Shown in pieces: positions 39,201 through 46,954 of a stretch of DNA of 64,000 nucleotides. The stretch spans positions 32,001-96,000 of IMG/VR virus record IMGVR_UViG_3300023116_000009. The stretch is one strand, 5' to 3'. Within the stretch, counting starts at the first letter, position 1; every line of letters starts with the position of its first letter. Source of the DNA: a virus. Under the pieces are notes generated by a model. That model did not search any database. It saw nothing but the letters and a program-made list of their open reading frames with translations, and had not been told where the DNA came from. The position numbers and the translations under genes are program-made.

Positions 39201-39878
39201 TCAACCCCCCTTGAGGAATCCATTTTCCTTCAACCACTTTCGAGTCAGTGGTGTTGGTTCGTAGTCAGTCCACATTGTACCAGAAGCACACGATTCAAGT
39301 GCTTTCATAGTCATACCTTCAGTTCTACCTGCCCATTGTGCTTCTGCCTCCCAAGGAACTGCAGAACTAGGATACGTCCTTTCTGCTAACGTGCGCCAAA
39401 GCATGGGCACTTTCTCTTCTGGCATAATGATAGCGATCATCGAGTTCTTGATGCTACCTGCCATGCAATCCTGAGCAGCGTGCCATCCTTCATGACGCAT
39501 TACCATCATTAGTGTGCCAGGTTCATCCATGTATCTCTTGTTGAGATAGAAGTTATTAGTTACAGTATGGTATACACCACGGTGCATCACAGGAAAATAC
39601 TTACTATCCGCTAGAAACACCTTAACTCCGATTGAATTAAGGGAAGAGAGCATGTTGTTAAACTCAGCAGCAAAAGGAGTATACTCATCAGTATTGGGAT
39701 ACTGAGAAGAAATATCAAGAATGCTGTATACCTCTTTGACTCCATCTGTACATTCCCTGACTATCATACAACCCATGGAATCCATAGAATTGTATCCTTT
39801 AATGTGACCTTTTGTATGGTCCGCAAGTGCAGGGGTAGCAAGAAGAGATGCTGCTAACGCTGCTAAAATCCTTTTCAT
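39201..39878 (-). CDS. Secreted HExxH metallopeptidase-like protein
   Basis: Signal peptide; RHEGWH motif and downstream EAEA. Confidence 0.65.
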   Translation of the reverse strand: MKRILAALAASLLATPALADHTKGHIKGYNSMDSMGCMIVRECTDGVKEVYSILDISSQYPNTDEYTPFAAEFNNMLSSLNSIGVKVFLADSKYFPVMHRGVYHTVTNNFYLNKRYMDEPGTLMMVMRHEGWHAAQDCMAGSIKNSMIAIIMPEEKVPMLWRTLAERTYPSSAVPWEAEAQWAGRTEGMTMKALESCASGTMWTDYEPTPLTRKWLKENGFLKGG

Positions 39879-40204
39879 TTACGTAATACTCCATCAATAA
39901 ATGTAATGTTTATTCTTGGGAATGCTGCGTAGTGGCAATCCCATTTGGAAGGATAAACTTCTATGGTTCTAGTTATGTAAACTGGTTTAACTTTACCATG
40001 AGATCCATTAGGAACTGCATCCCAACCAATCGCACCATTCAATTCAAAATCTTGAGTTCCTGAATAATCAATCTCAAATAACTGACCAGCAGGATCGATC
40101 CAGTATGTCATCATTGAACATTCAAGATCCTTTGTCTGTAAATCTCTATGCCAAAAACTAGGACCCAAATCAATGGAAGACCTAATCGTATCAAACATTC
40201 CCAT
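39875..40204 (-). CDS. Conserved hypothetical protein
   Basis: MGMFDTI...QTKDLEC...YWIDPAGQLF. Confidence 0.75.
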   Translation of the reverse strand: MGMFDTIRSSIDLGPSFWHRDLQTKDLECSMMTYWIDPAGQLFEIDYSGTQDFELNGAIGWDAVPNGSHGKVKPVYITRTIEVYPSKWDCHYAAFPRINITFIDGVLRK

Positions 40205-40224
40205 GTTAGATTGCGGTTATACTA

Positions 40225-40260
40225 ATTATACCGAAAAAAAGAGAGGGTGTCAACCCTCTC
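40225..40260 (-). promoter_or_regulatory. Combined intrinsic terminator and sigma70 promoter
   Basis: GAGAGGG-TTGACA-CCCTCTC-TTTTTTT-CGG-TATAAT (17-nt spacer). Confidence 0.8.
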
Positions 40261-40274
40261 TGTCTACAAGTAAC

Positions 40275-40439
40275 TCACTTATTATAAGTGTGACCACGAT
40301 AACAGAATGTACCGTGGGTCTCATCGACTCCTTGCTTACACTCATACTTGACACCACGATAGGATGTCATGTGAATTTGTGCATCATGAAGTGCAGATGC
40401 CTTTTGGATCTGCTGGCGAATGAGGTTAAGTGTGTTCAT
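40275..40439 (-). CDS. DUF4278-like peptide, 54 aa (MNTLNLIRQQIQKASALHDAQIHMTSYRGVKYECKQGVDETHGTFCYRGHTYNK)
   Basis: Hand-translated; AGGAG ribosome-binding site; two YRG motifs (YRGVKY, YRGHTY). Confidence 0.7.
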   Translation of the reverse strand: MNTLNLIRQQIQKASALHDAQIHMTSYRGVKYECKQGVDETHGTFCYRGHTYNK

Positions 40440-40474
40440 GATTTTACTCCTAAAAGAATGGGTGAATTAACTCC

Positions 40475-40692
40475 CGTTCCTTCAGTCGTTTGCGTCCTAT
40501 GCCTCTAAAGAAAAGCATACAGGATCAGTATGATCCATCCATTTAAAGATAAGTTCGACCTTTTCAGATGGACTAAAAAGTTCGGACTCTAATATTCCTT
40601 GAGATAACCACTCAAAGTCCTCACACTTTAAATAATCTGAAGATGGGACATGAGTAGCGAGTAGTAAACTGAGAAATAGCATAGGATGAACG
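40475..40692 (-). promoter_or_regulatory. glnA (glutamine riboswitch)-like aptamer 2, with an ORF inserted in P2
   Basis: CGTTCA-TCCTATGC...GCATAGGA-CGCAAACGAC-TGAAGGAACG. Confidence 0.55.
40497..40682 (-). CDS. Hypothetical protein, 61 aa, nested between aptamer halves
   Basis: ORF track; hydrophobic N-terminus and two Cys. Confidence 0.6.
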   Translation of the reverse strand: MLFLSLLLATHVPSSDYLKCEDFEWLSQGILESELFSPSEKVELIFKWMDHTDPVCFSLEA

Positions 40693-40755
40693 CTCCGTTC
40701 CGCGACTTACTTGCGTCTCATTCGCTATTCGCAAACAGCGAATGGGATGAACGAC
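40691..40755 (-). promoter_or_regulatory. glnA (glutamine riboswitch)-like aptamer 1
   Basis: GTCGTTCA-TCCCATTCGCT-loop-AGCGAATGAGA-CGCAAGTAAG-TCGC-GGAAC-GGAGCG parallels the glnA consensus (CGUU...P2...CGGAAGUAAG...GAAG.AACG). Confidence 0.65.
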
Positions 40756-40797
40756 AGGTCTAGTATAGACCACATCAACTATTTAGTCAAGTGGTCT

Positions 40798-40905
40798 TTA
40801 TTTTTTCTTCCCCCCGTTCTTAGCTTTCTTCGCAGTCGCGTTGCCCTGGTTCTGCTTCTTGTTGTTCGCAGTGCCCTTCTTGCCCTTGTTTGGTGACTTG
40901 GACAT
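40798..40905 (-). CDS. Very basic 35-aa peptide (MSKSPNKGKKGTANNKKQNQGNATAKKAKNGGKKK)
   Basis: Hand-translated; codon usage resembles the highly expressed genes. Confidence 0.6.
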   Translation of the reverse strand: MSKSPNKGKKGTANNKKQNQGNATAKKAKNGGKKK

Positions 40906-41041
40906 CAGTCATCTCCTTAAAAGATATATTCAATATGTATGCAACATAATACAAAACTCCCGCCAATAATATGACGAGAGAAATGATTACAGACCAAGTT
41001 GGGTCATTAACGTCATTCAGAGGGCGAAGAAACAAGTTCAT
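40820..41041 (-). CDS. Small membrane protein
   Basis: LRPLNDVNDPTWSVII plus one transmembrane helix. Confidence 0.55.
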   Translation of the reverse strand: MNLFLRPLNDVNDPTWSVIISLVILLAGVLYYVAYILNISFKEMTDVQVTKQGQEGHCEQQEAEPGQRDCEES

Positions 41042-41184
41042 GGATTCTTTGGATCAATTCCTAAACTAGTTAGGTAATCAATCCACCATTGAGGATCTTT
41101 ATTTCTTTTCCAGTTGGGAACCTCTTGACCCTTATCGAAGTAGTACTTCCAGAGTGCCTCATCGATAATCTGTGCGGTCTCCAT
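41038..41184 (-). CDS. Hypothetical protein, 48 aa
   Basis: METAQIIDEALWKYYFDKG...QWWIDYL. Confidence 0.6.
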   Translation of the reverse strand: METAQIIDEALWKYYFDKGQEVPNWKRNKDPQWWIDYLTSLGIDPKNP

Positions 41185-41368
41185 ACTCCTCTTCCTCTTC
41201 ATCAACGTCTGCATACGGATTTTCCACAAAGGGTCCTCGTTTTCGTAGAGGTTCTTGTCTGACATAATCCGTCTCAGCATTAACAGCGTCTATCCAAACA
41301 GCAAGTTTCATCACAATAAACATAATCACAAGTGGAAGAAAACATGCAATTAAAATTAGTGATTTCAT
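41159..41368 (-). CDS. Small membrane protein, 69 aa
   Basis: N-terminal transmembrane helix and acidic C-terminus. Confidence 0.6.
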   Translation of the reverse strand: MKSLILIACFLPLVIMFIVMKLAVWIDAVNAETDYVRQEPLRKRGPFVENPYADVDEEEEEYGDRTDYR

Positions 41369-41526
41369 CTGTGCTTTCTGGTAAAAGGTTCCCAGTGCTC
41401 CCATTTGTATTTATGTACTGCCCACATTCCTAAGATAGGAAAGAAGACCAAAGAGAACCCCATGACGCCTAAGCACCAGGGGGTTTCCATTACCATTCTT
41501 GCTATGTGTCCTGCTTCGTGCATCAT
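41365..41526 (-). CDS. Small membrane protein, 53 aa
   Basis: One transmembrane helix plus VHKYKWEHWEPF. Confidence 0.6.
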   Translation of the reverse strand: MMHEAGHIARMVMETPWCLGVMGFSLVFFPILGMWAVHKYKWEHWEPFTRKHR

Positions 41527-41730
41527 TGATCTGATAGAATAGAAACTAAAAAAATAAAGATACCAAACGAAAGCATAAAAACTGCGATTACTACTTGCGA
41601 GAAATCCATGTTGCCCAGGGGTCAGCGTTGTGTAAACATGATTTTGGATGTTTCCAATCATTGTCTCTAAGAATCTTTAACTCAAGGTTGAGACGTTCTA
41701 CCTCAATTTTGAGCATATGATTTTCTTCTT

Positions 41731-41958
41731 CTAATTCTTTGATTCTGTCCATAGTTTTCTAAAGTATCTATCAACATGATTTAAACAATCAAGGGGTGCT
41801 ATCTCTTCACCCAATGCCCAAACAAAGCAAAGGTCAGACATCTCTTGAGTGACATGTGGCACCCCAAATATTCTAGAAAAAGATGATAGGGCAAAATCAT
41901 ACCGCCTCTTAGTGGGCGGTTCCATTTCCCTTGTACATATCGGTGTCATAGTATCCAC
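41731..41958 (-). CDS. Hypothetical protein
   Basis: ORF track. Confidence 0.5.
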   Translation of the reverse strand: MDTMTPICTREMEPPTKRRYDFALSSFSRIFGVPHVTQEMSDLCFVWALGEEIAPLDCLNHVDRYFRKLWTESKN

Positions 41959-42040
41959 CCTTTCTAGAACCGAAGTAAAGTGTAGTTAAAACAAAAGGCA
42001 CCGCTATGATAACTAGTGCCCGTCCCAATAAATGCTCCAT
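41909..42040 (-). CDS. Small membrane protein, 43 aa (MEHLLGRALVIIAVPFVLTTLYFGSRKGGYYDTDMYKGNGTAH)
   Basis: Hand-translated. Confidence 0.6.
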   Translation of the reverse strand: MEHLLGRALVIIAVPFVLTTLYFGSRKGGYYDTDMYKGNGTAH

Positions 42041-42301
42041 GTTTTTTTATCCTCTATATGAGAAATGACTGAAGTTAATACAAACCATTCGGATGCTGTG
42101 GAATAGACCACATGCTTCTTATCGTTTACTGTAACGATATACTTTCTCATTTAAATAAATCTTCTATTTGTTTTCTAGTGTCTGCCATCTTTTGTTTCTC
42201 ACGTTCTGAATGTTTGTATCCATGCTTCCCGTGGAAAATAAAGTGACCTTGACAGATCATAGTCATACCAAACAGGAACAGGGCGATTACCCCTGCCCAC
42301 T

Positions 42302-42526
42302 CTATAATGTGATGTTCAACCATGGCACCAGGGGAGGGATCACTCCGATAAGTCGAAGCAAACCCTCAGCAAAAAGTGCAAGAACAACCCACCCAACACA
42401 CATAGAGATAATTGAAGCATTACGATTATGTTTTCGTATGGCATCATCAATCATCTCCTGTACTCGTTCTTCTGTTAATCTTTCGGGGGGTTCTACACCT
42501 TCTCCCCAGTTTTTAAAGTTCAGCAT
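42302..42526 (-). CDS. Small membrane protein
   Basis: EMIDDAIRKHNRNASIISM...LRLIG.IPP..PWL. Confidence 0.65.
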   Translation of the reverse strand: MLNFKNWGEGVEPPERLTEERVQEMIDDAIRKHNRNASIISMCVGWVVLALFAEGLLRLIGVIPPLVPWLNITL

Positions 42527-43172
42527 TAGCAGCGTCCCAATCTTTTTGGAATAGTTCTAGACCCTTATCAGTAAGAATATGATCATACATCTTCCAGAAA
42601 ACTTGAGGAGGCATGGTTACTACAGCAGCACCGTTATACCAGGAGCGAACTGCCCTATGTACTTCACGAATAGACGCTGCAAGAACCTTTGTCTTAACGC
42701 CGTGAACGCGATAAACTTCGGAGATAGAACGAACTACCTCAAGACCTGCAATTGAGTTGTCATCAAGACGACCAACAAAGGGAGAAACATATGTTGCTCC
42801 TGCCTTTGCAGCAAGGATTGCTTGAGCAGCATTAAAGATCAAAGTAATATTGGTATTAATACCTTTACTATTAAGAACTTTGCACGCTTTCAATCCTTCA
42901 ACTGTACACGGAAGTTTGATAGTAATTGCAGGACTACCAAGAGCAATAAACTGCTCTGCTTGACTGAGCATTTCCTCAGCAGTATCACCCACAACCTCAG
43001 TAGAAATACTTTCAAAGTTTGGGAACTCATCCACAAGTTGCTTAGCAACTGCTTGAAGAGTTCTTCCACTACGAAGAATCAATGTAGGGTTGGTAGTAAC
43101 ACCATCAATCAAACCAGTTTTGTTTGCTTCACGGATCTCATTGAGATCAGCAGTATCAAGATAAATTTTCAT
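42513..43172 (-). CDS. talC: Transaldolase (TalC family)
   Basis: MKIYLDTAD...GVTTNPTL...TIKLP...YVSPFVGRLDD...LAASIR. Confidence 0.95.
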   Translation of the reverse strand: MKIYLDTADLNEIREANKTGLIDGVTTNPTLILRSGRTLQAVAKQLVDEFPNFESISTEVVGDTAEEMLSQAEQFIALGSPAITIKLPCTVEGLKACKVLNSKGINTNITLIFNAAQAILAAKAGATYVSPFVGRLDDNSIAGLEVVRSISEVYRVHGVKTKVLAASIREVHRAVRSWYNGAAVVTMPPQVFWKMYDHILTDKGLELFQKDWDAANAEL

Positions 43173-43414
43173 CAGGTTGTGAGTGTATGTTTTCATGGAT
43201 TGTGATTTCTAGAATCTTTAATTTTATTAAATGCCCAGACGCCAAGTGCGCCTGCTCCTAATCCGACAATGCAACAAACGATCATGTGAATAAAATGGGT
43301 AGTGTGGTTCATCCAAAATACATTACAGAAAGTGTGAAGATCACAAAAATCATGACAGTAAAGATCATCAGTCCTAGACCTGCCCAGGCAACCCAGTCAG
43401 GCATATGTTCGTGT

Positions 43415-43738
43415 TTATGAGACATGAACGGTTCCGATCATACCTGCTCCTTTGTGGGGGGCACACCAATAAGTATAGTCCCCTGGTTCAGGAAATGCAA
43501 CCTCAAAGTTTTCGCCTGGTAACATTGCGAGACCTTCGTGTGACCACTCAGGATGATTCTCAACAATCACATTATGAGGAGGAAGCATGTTGTTAATAAA
43601 GTGTACTGATTCTCCAGCAGCGATACTAACCTCTGCTGGTTCAAATACTAATTGCCCATTGGCACCCATTTGAACATCTACTGCCCAAGCAGGAAGAGCA
43701 AAGAATAAAACTGCGAAAAGAGAAAGAATAAATCGCAT
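43415..43738 (-). CDS. petE: Plastocyanin
   Basis: Signal peptide; PPHNV and YWCAPHKGAGM copper ligands. Confidence 0.95.
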   Translation of the reverse strand: MRFILSLFAVLFFALPAWAVDVQMGANGQLVFEPAEVSIAAGESVHFINNMLPPHNVIVENHPEWSHEGLAMLPGENFEVAFPEPGDYTYWCAPHKGAGMIGTVHVS

Positions 43739-43804
43739 TAGGTATTTGCAACTACTCTATCTATTTTTCAAAGACCAATTGTTACAAAGAAATGTCAGCG
43801 ATTA

Positions 43805-44020
43805 CTAATCTTTTGGGTGATCGTTCTCAAGATCATTCAATCTCTTTGCCCACGTATCACCAAGTTCAGATCCTCTACAAGGATTGATACATCTGTCATC
43901 TCCAAACTTATTGCAGACAAGACCAGCAAGGTCATGTTCATTTCCAGGTTTTCCAGTTGCCCAGAAATGCTGATCATCTACCCACTTTGCTTCACATTTT
44001 GGACAGATACGAATGTTCAT
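43805..44020 (-). CDS. Hypothetical Cys-rich protein
   Basis: CPKC...DLAGLVC...CINP...GDTW. Confidence 0.7.
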   Translation of the reverse strand: MNIRICPKCEAKWVDDQHFWATGKPGNEHDLAGLVCNKFGDDRCINPCRGSELGDTWAKRLNDLENDHPKD

Positions 44021-44079
44021 GTTGTTACTTAAAAAGGGGTCTAAAAATTATTTAGATTTTTAACCATTGCTTAAGCATT

Positions 44080-44104
44080 AAAAAAGAGGGTCATTTGACC
44101 CTCT
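44080..44104 (-). terminator. Intrinsic terminator downstream of psbA
   Basis: GAGGGTC-AAAT-GACCCTC followed by a T run. Confidence 0.8.
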
Positions 44105-44216
44105 CATTTTTAGTATTCAATTTTGATGGAGGTTTCCAATCTTTGGGTGGACGGTACAAGTTGGGGAAAGTATCTTGGATAATCTCCGCCAACTTGTAGT
44201 TATCCGTATCAACCAA
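44091..44216 (-). CDS. Possible small ORF overlapping the psbA stop ([22 protein letters not shown])
   Basis: Open frame with a TTG start at the psbA 3' end. Confidence 0.4.
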   Translation of the reverse strand: MVDTDNYKLAEIIQDTFPNLYRPPKDWKPPSKLNTKNERVK

Positions 44217-45291
44217 CGGCAGGTGCCTTGAGGGCGACGGGAGTTGCTTCGACACTTGCAAGATCCAGAGGGAAGTTGTGTGCATTACGCTCGTGCATTA
44301 CCTCAAAACCGAGGTTAGCACGGTTGAGAATGTCTGCCCAAGTGTTGATGACACGCCCTTCGTTGTCAAGGAGTGACTGGTTAAAGTTAAACCCGTTGAG
44401 GTTAAATGCCATCGTGGAGACACCCAGTGCCGCGAACCAAATTCCCACGACAGGCCATGCTGCGAGGAAGAAGTGTAGCGAGCGAGAATTGTTGAAGGAT
44501 GCATACTGGAAGATCAGACGACCGAAGTAACCGTGGGCAGCGACGATGTTATACGTCTCTTCTTCTTGACCAAACTTGTAACCATAGTTCTGGGACTCAG
44601 TTTCAGTGGTTTCACGAACCAGCGAAGAAGTAACCAGAGAACCGTGCATTGCACTAAACAGAGAACCACCAAAGACACCAGCAACTCCAAGCATGTGGAA
44701 GGGGTGCATCAGGATGTTGTGCTCTGCTTGGAAGACAAGCATGTAGTTAAAAGTACCAGAGATGCCAAGAGGCATTGCGTCAGAGAAAGAACCTTGACCG
44801 AAAGGATAGACCAGGAATACAGCAGATGCAGCAGCAACAGGTGCAGAGTATGCAACGCAGATCCAAGGACGCATACCCAGGCGGTAGGACAGTTCCCACT
44901 CACGTCCCATGTAGGCATAGATGCCGATCAGGAAGTGGAAGACAACCAGTTGGAAAGGACCACCATTGTAGAGCCACTCATCCAGAGATGCCGCTTCCCA
45001 GATGGGATAGAAGTGAAGACCAATAGCATTGGAACTGGGGACAACAGCACCAGAGATGATGTTGTTTCCATACATGAGTGAACCAGCAACGGGTTCACGG
45101 ATACCATCAATGTCCACAGGAGGAGCACCGATGAAAGCGATGATGAAACAAGTTGTAGCAGCAAGCAGGCAAGGAATCATCAGGACTCCAAACCAACCAA
45201 CGTAAAGACGATTGTCAGTGCTGGTAACCCAGTTGCAAAACTGTTCCCAAGTGTTATTCGATTGTTGTTGACGTGAAAGAGTAGCAGTCAT
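44209..45291 (-). CDS. psbA: Photosystem II D1 protein
   Basis: Full-length 360-aa D1 with no intron; Q at position 130 (GPFQL); HNFPLDLA plus long C-terminal extension. Confidence 0.99.
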   Translation of the reverse strand: MTATLSRQQQSNNTWEQFCNWVTSTDNRLYVGWFGVLMIPCLLAATTCFIIAFIGAPPVDIDGIREPVAGSLMYGNNIISGAVVPSSNAIGLHFYPIWEAASLDEWLYNGGPFQLVVFHFLIGIYAYMGREWELSYRLGMRPWICVAYSAPVAAASAVFLVYPFGQGSFSDAMPLGISGTFNYMLVFQAEHNILMHPFHMLGVAGVFGGSLFSAMHGSLVTSSLVRETTETESQNYGYKFGQEEETYNIVAAHGYFGRLIFQYASFNNSRSLHFFLAAWPVVGIWFAALGVSTMAFNLNGFNFNQSLLDNEGRVINTWADILNRANLGFEVMHERNAHNFPLDLASVEATPVALKAPAVG

Positions 45292-45295
45292 TGTT

Positions 45296-45395
45296 TTAAA
45301 AAAAAGTAAGTAAGTCCATCAGGGAAATGGTGGAGGTACTTATTTCTCTGTCACCCTCAGACAGAGATATGAGAGGCATCTTTTACTTGTGTAGC
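45296..45395 (-). promoter_or_regulatory. PhotoRC-II-like structured psbA leader RNA
   Basis: CTCTCATATCTCTGTC-TGAGGGT-GACAGAGAAATAAGTACCTCCACCATTTCCCTGATGGACTTACT immediately upstream of the ATG matches the cyanophage psbA 5'UTR motif as recalled. Confidence 0.65.
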
Positions 45396-45475
45396 CTCGG
45401 TAAGGTGGTTAGACCCTTTGCCACAAGTTTGTTACAACATCTTAAAGAATCGTTACATTCCTTAACGTGTTGATG

Positions 45476-45509
45476 TATTTATAATACTACGGATTTCCGT
45501 GCCTGTCAA
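45476..45509 (-). promoter_or_regulatory. Overlapping early (sigma70) and late promoters for psbA
   Basis: TTGACA-N17-TATTAT overlapping TATAAATA. Confidence 0.8.
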
Positions 45510-45694
45510 GTCCCAGAGACAGTTCCAGAAGTGTCCTCGTTGTACCAGAAGTCATCCCAATCCTCATCTGTCGCTTCATAGATGGGGCATGGTTCTTCCA
45601 TTAAGAGATCGTTCTTTGCCTTTGCAACACGTTCTCTCAGTTTTCTGTAGTCATCTTCATCCATGAGGTTGTCAATGAAATCAAGATCTTTCAT
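45506..45694 (-). CDS. Hypothetical acidic protein
   Basis: ORF track; LLMEEPCPIYE motif. Confidence 0.65.
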   Translation of the reverse strand: MKDLDFIDNLMDEDDYRKLRERVAKAKNDLLMEEPCPIYEATDEDWDDFWYNEDTSGTVSGT

Positions 45695-45840
45695 TCTCGA
45701 TACTCCTGAAGAATTTCAAGTACTTTACCCAGTGCATAGTGAGCACCATCATGCCAATCTCCATTCTTGTCTTCATGTTGTCCATTGAAGAGTGCTGTTT
45801 TTAACTTATACACTCTTGGTTCAATGTCAATCTTTCTCAT
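45691..45840 (-). CDS. Hypothetical protein, 49 aa (MRKIDIEPRVYKLKTALF...WHDGAHYAL.KVLEILQEYRE)
   Basis: Hand-translated; ATGA overlap with the next ORF. Confidence 0.65.
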   Translation of the reverse strand: MRKIDIEPRVYKLKTALFNGQHEDKNGDWHDGAHYALGKVLEILQEYRE

Positions 45841-46063
45841 GTGATTTCTTGGCATTGATCTCCTTTAATAACTGATTGGTTTCACTAAGCAATTGCTTCT
45901 TAAGTTTACGACCCATTCTCCACATAATAAATCTAATGTACGCATATTTAATTTGAAGTTCCAGGTAAACAAAAACTCTCATTGTTCCCTCGAACCCTGC
46001 ATATGCAATCATCATCATTAATATAATGATGAGTACATAAAACTCAATTAAGAATGATGTCAT
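45827..46063 (-). CDS. Small membrane protein
   Basis: ORF track; hydrophobic N-terminus. Confidence 0.6.
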   Translation of the reverse strand: MTSFLIEFYVLIIILMMMIAYAGFEGTMRVFVYLELQIKYAYIRFIMWRMGRKLKKQLLSETNQLLKEINAKKSHEKD

Positions 46064-46112
46064 AAACTTAGAGCGTAGTACTAATTATACAAGCAGTATC
46101 AAAGTTGTCAAC

Positions 46113-46340
46113 TCAAAGTTCGTGTCTCCTAACAGAACCTTTAATTTCATTCTCTTTGATAAATGCCTTTGCTGCTCGTTGGGTATCGAACATTTTTGCG
46201 AATCTAGGATCAAGATTCCATTTGTGGGCGGACATCAAGTACTCAGTCCTACCATCATTTTTTCTTGTGACTCTCCACAAGATGTTATTCTCTGCATCAG
46301 TTGCCATAGTAATTAATAATTCGGTAGAATTATTTATCAA
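46113..46340 (-). CDS. Hypothetical protein
   Basis: ORF track; ATGA overlap. Confidence 0.6.
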   Translation of the reverse strand: MINNSTELLITMATDAENNILWRVTRKNDGRTEYLMSAHKWNLDPRFAKMFDTQRAAKAFIKENEIKGSVRRHEL

Positions 46341-46507
46341 TAACTAGCATCCTGATAATCTTCTTCGGTAAAACATGGTTGGACTTCCCATCGATCCCAG
46401 TCAACATCCCTGGCAGCAATCATGTTTTCCATCTCTTCTACAGTCAAACTGTGCTTAACTACTTTGTTAGTTTCCTTAGTGTAGATATGAAACAGTTGAG
46501 TAATCAT
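46337..46507 (-). CDS. Hypothetical protein, 56 aa
   Basis: MITQLFHIY...DASY; start placed after the terminator. Confidence 0.6.
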   Translation of the reverse strand: MITQLFHIYTKETNKVVKHSLTVEEMENMIAARDVDWDRWEVQPCFTEEDYQDASY

Positions 46508-46527
46508 AGACCTCTTTGTAAACAATA

Positions 46528-46599
46528 AAAAAGGGACCGTTCTGTTATTTGGCAGAGGTCCCTTTGGCATAGCGCCGACGATATTCAGTTTTATTTATA
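46528..46599 (-). ncRNA. Putative late small RNA
   Basis: TATAAATA promoter, then AACTGAATATCGTCGGCGCT, then an AAAGGGACC...GGTCCCTTTTT terminator; no ORF ends within it. Confidence 0.45.
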
Positions 46600-46609
46600 A
46601 GGTGGCGGA

Positions 46610-46714
46610 TTAGGGTATGACTGGGGCAAGGATCGCCCAACTGAAAAGAGAAGTTACTGTTCCTAAAAGAAGTGTAGTCGTGGTGAAGTTCATAGATCTT
46701 CCATCAGAGTACAT
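46610..46714 (-). CDS. Possible small hydrophobic peptide (MYSDGRSMNFTTTTLLLGTVTSLFSWAILAPVIP)
   Basis: Hand-translated. Confidence 0.4.
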   Translation of the reverse strand: MYSDGRSMNFTTTTLLLGTVTSLFSWAILAPVIP

Positions 46715-46754
46715 ATTATATATCAGTTTTGTATCATAGTGATACAATTTGGTA

Positions 46755-46835
46755 TCATTCGTCACCAGGTTTTGTCAGGAAAGCAGCACCTGCAAATGTT
46801 CCCAAAAGAATTGCTGCAACTGCTATCAATTCCAT
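46755..46835 (-). CDS. Small hydrophobic peptide, 26 aa
   Basis: TGATG overlap with the hli stop; MELIAVAAILLGTFAGAAFLTKPGDE. Confidence 0.5.
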   Translation of the reverse strand: MELIAVAAILLGTFAGAAFLTKPGDE

Positions 46836-46954
46836 CACCATACTCCAGGAATGACTTGACCAGTAGTGAAGTAAGCACCAATAGCAGCAACAAAACCAAT
46901 CATTGCCAGACGTGCGTTGAGGATCTCTGCCTCAGGGGTAAACAGTTTTTTCAT
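46835..46954 (-). CDS. hli: High-light inducible protein, 39 aa
   Basis: AEILNARLAMIGF chlorophyll-binding motif plus TGQVIPGVW. Confidence 0.92.
   Translation of the reverse strand: MKKLFTPEAEILNARLAMIGFVAAIGAYFTTGQVIPGVW

Noticed and set aside
38677-46747. Palindromes TGTATAC-N5-GTATACA (38677-38695) and TTGTATCATAGTGATACAA (about 46729-46747) as NtcA sites
   Set aside because: The GTA-to-TAC spacing is 11 and 9 nt, not the canonical 8.
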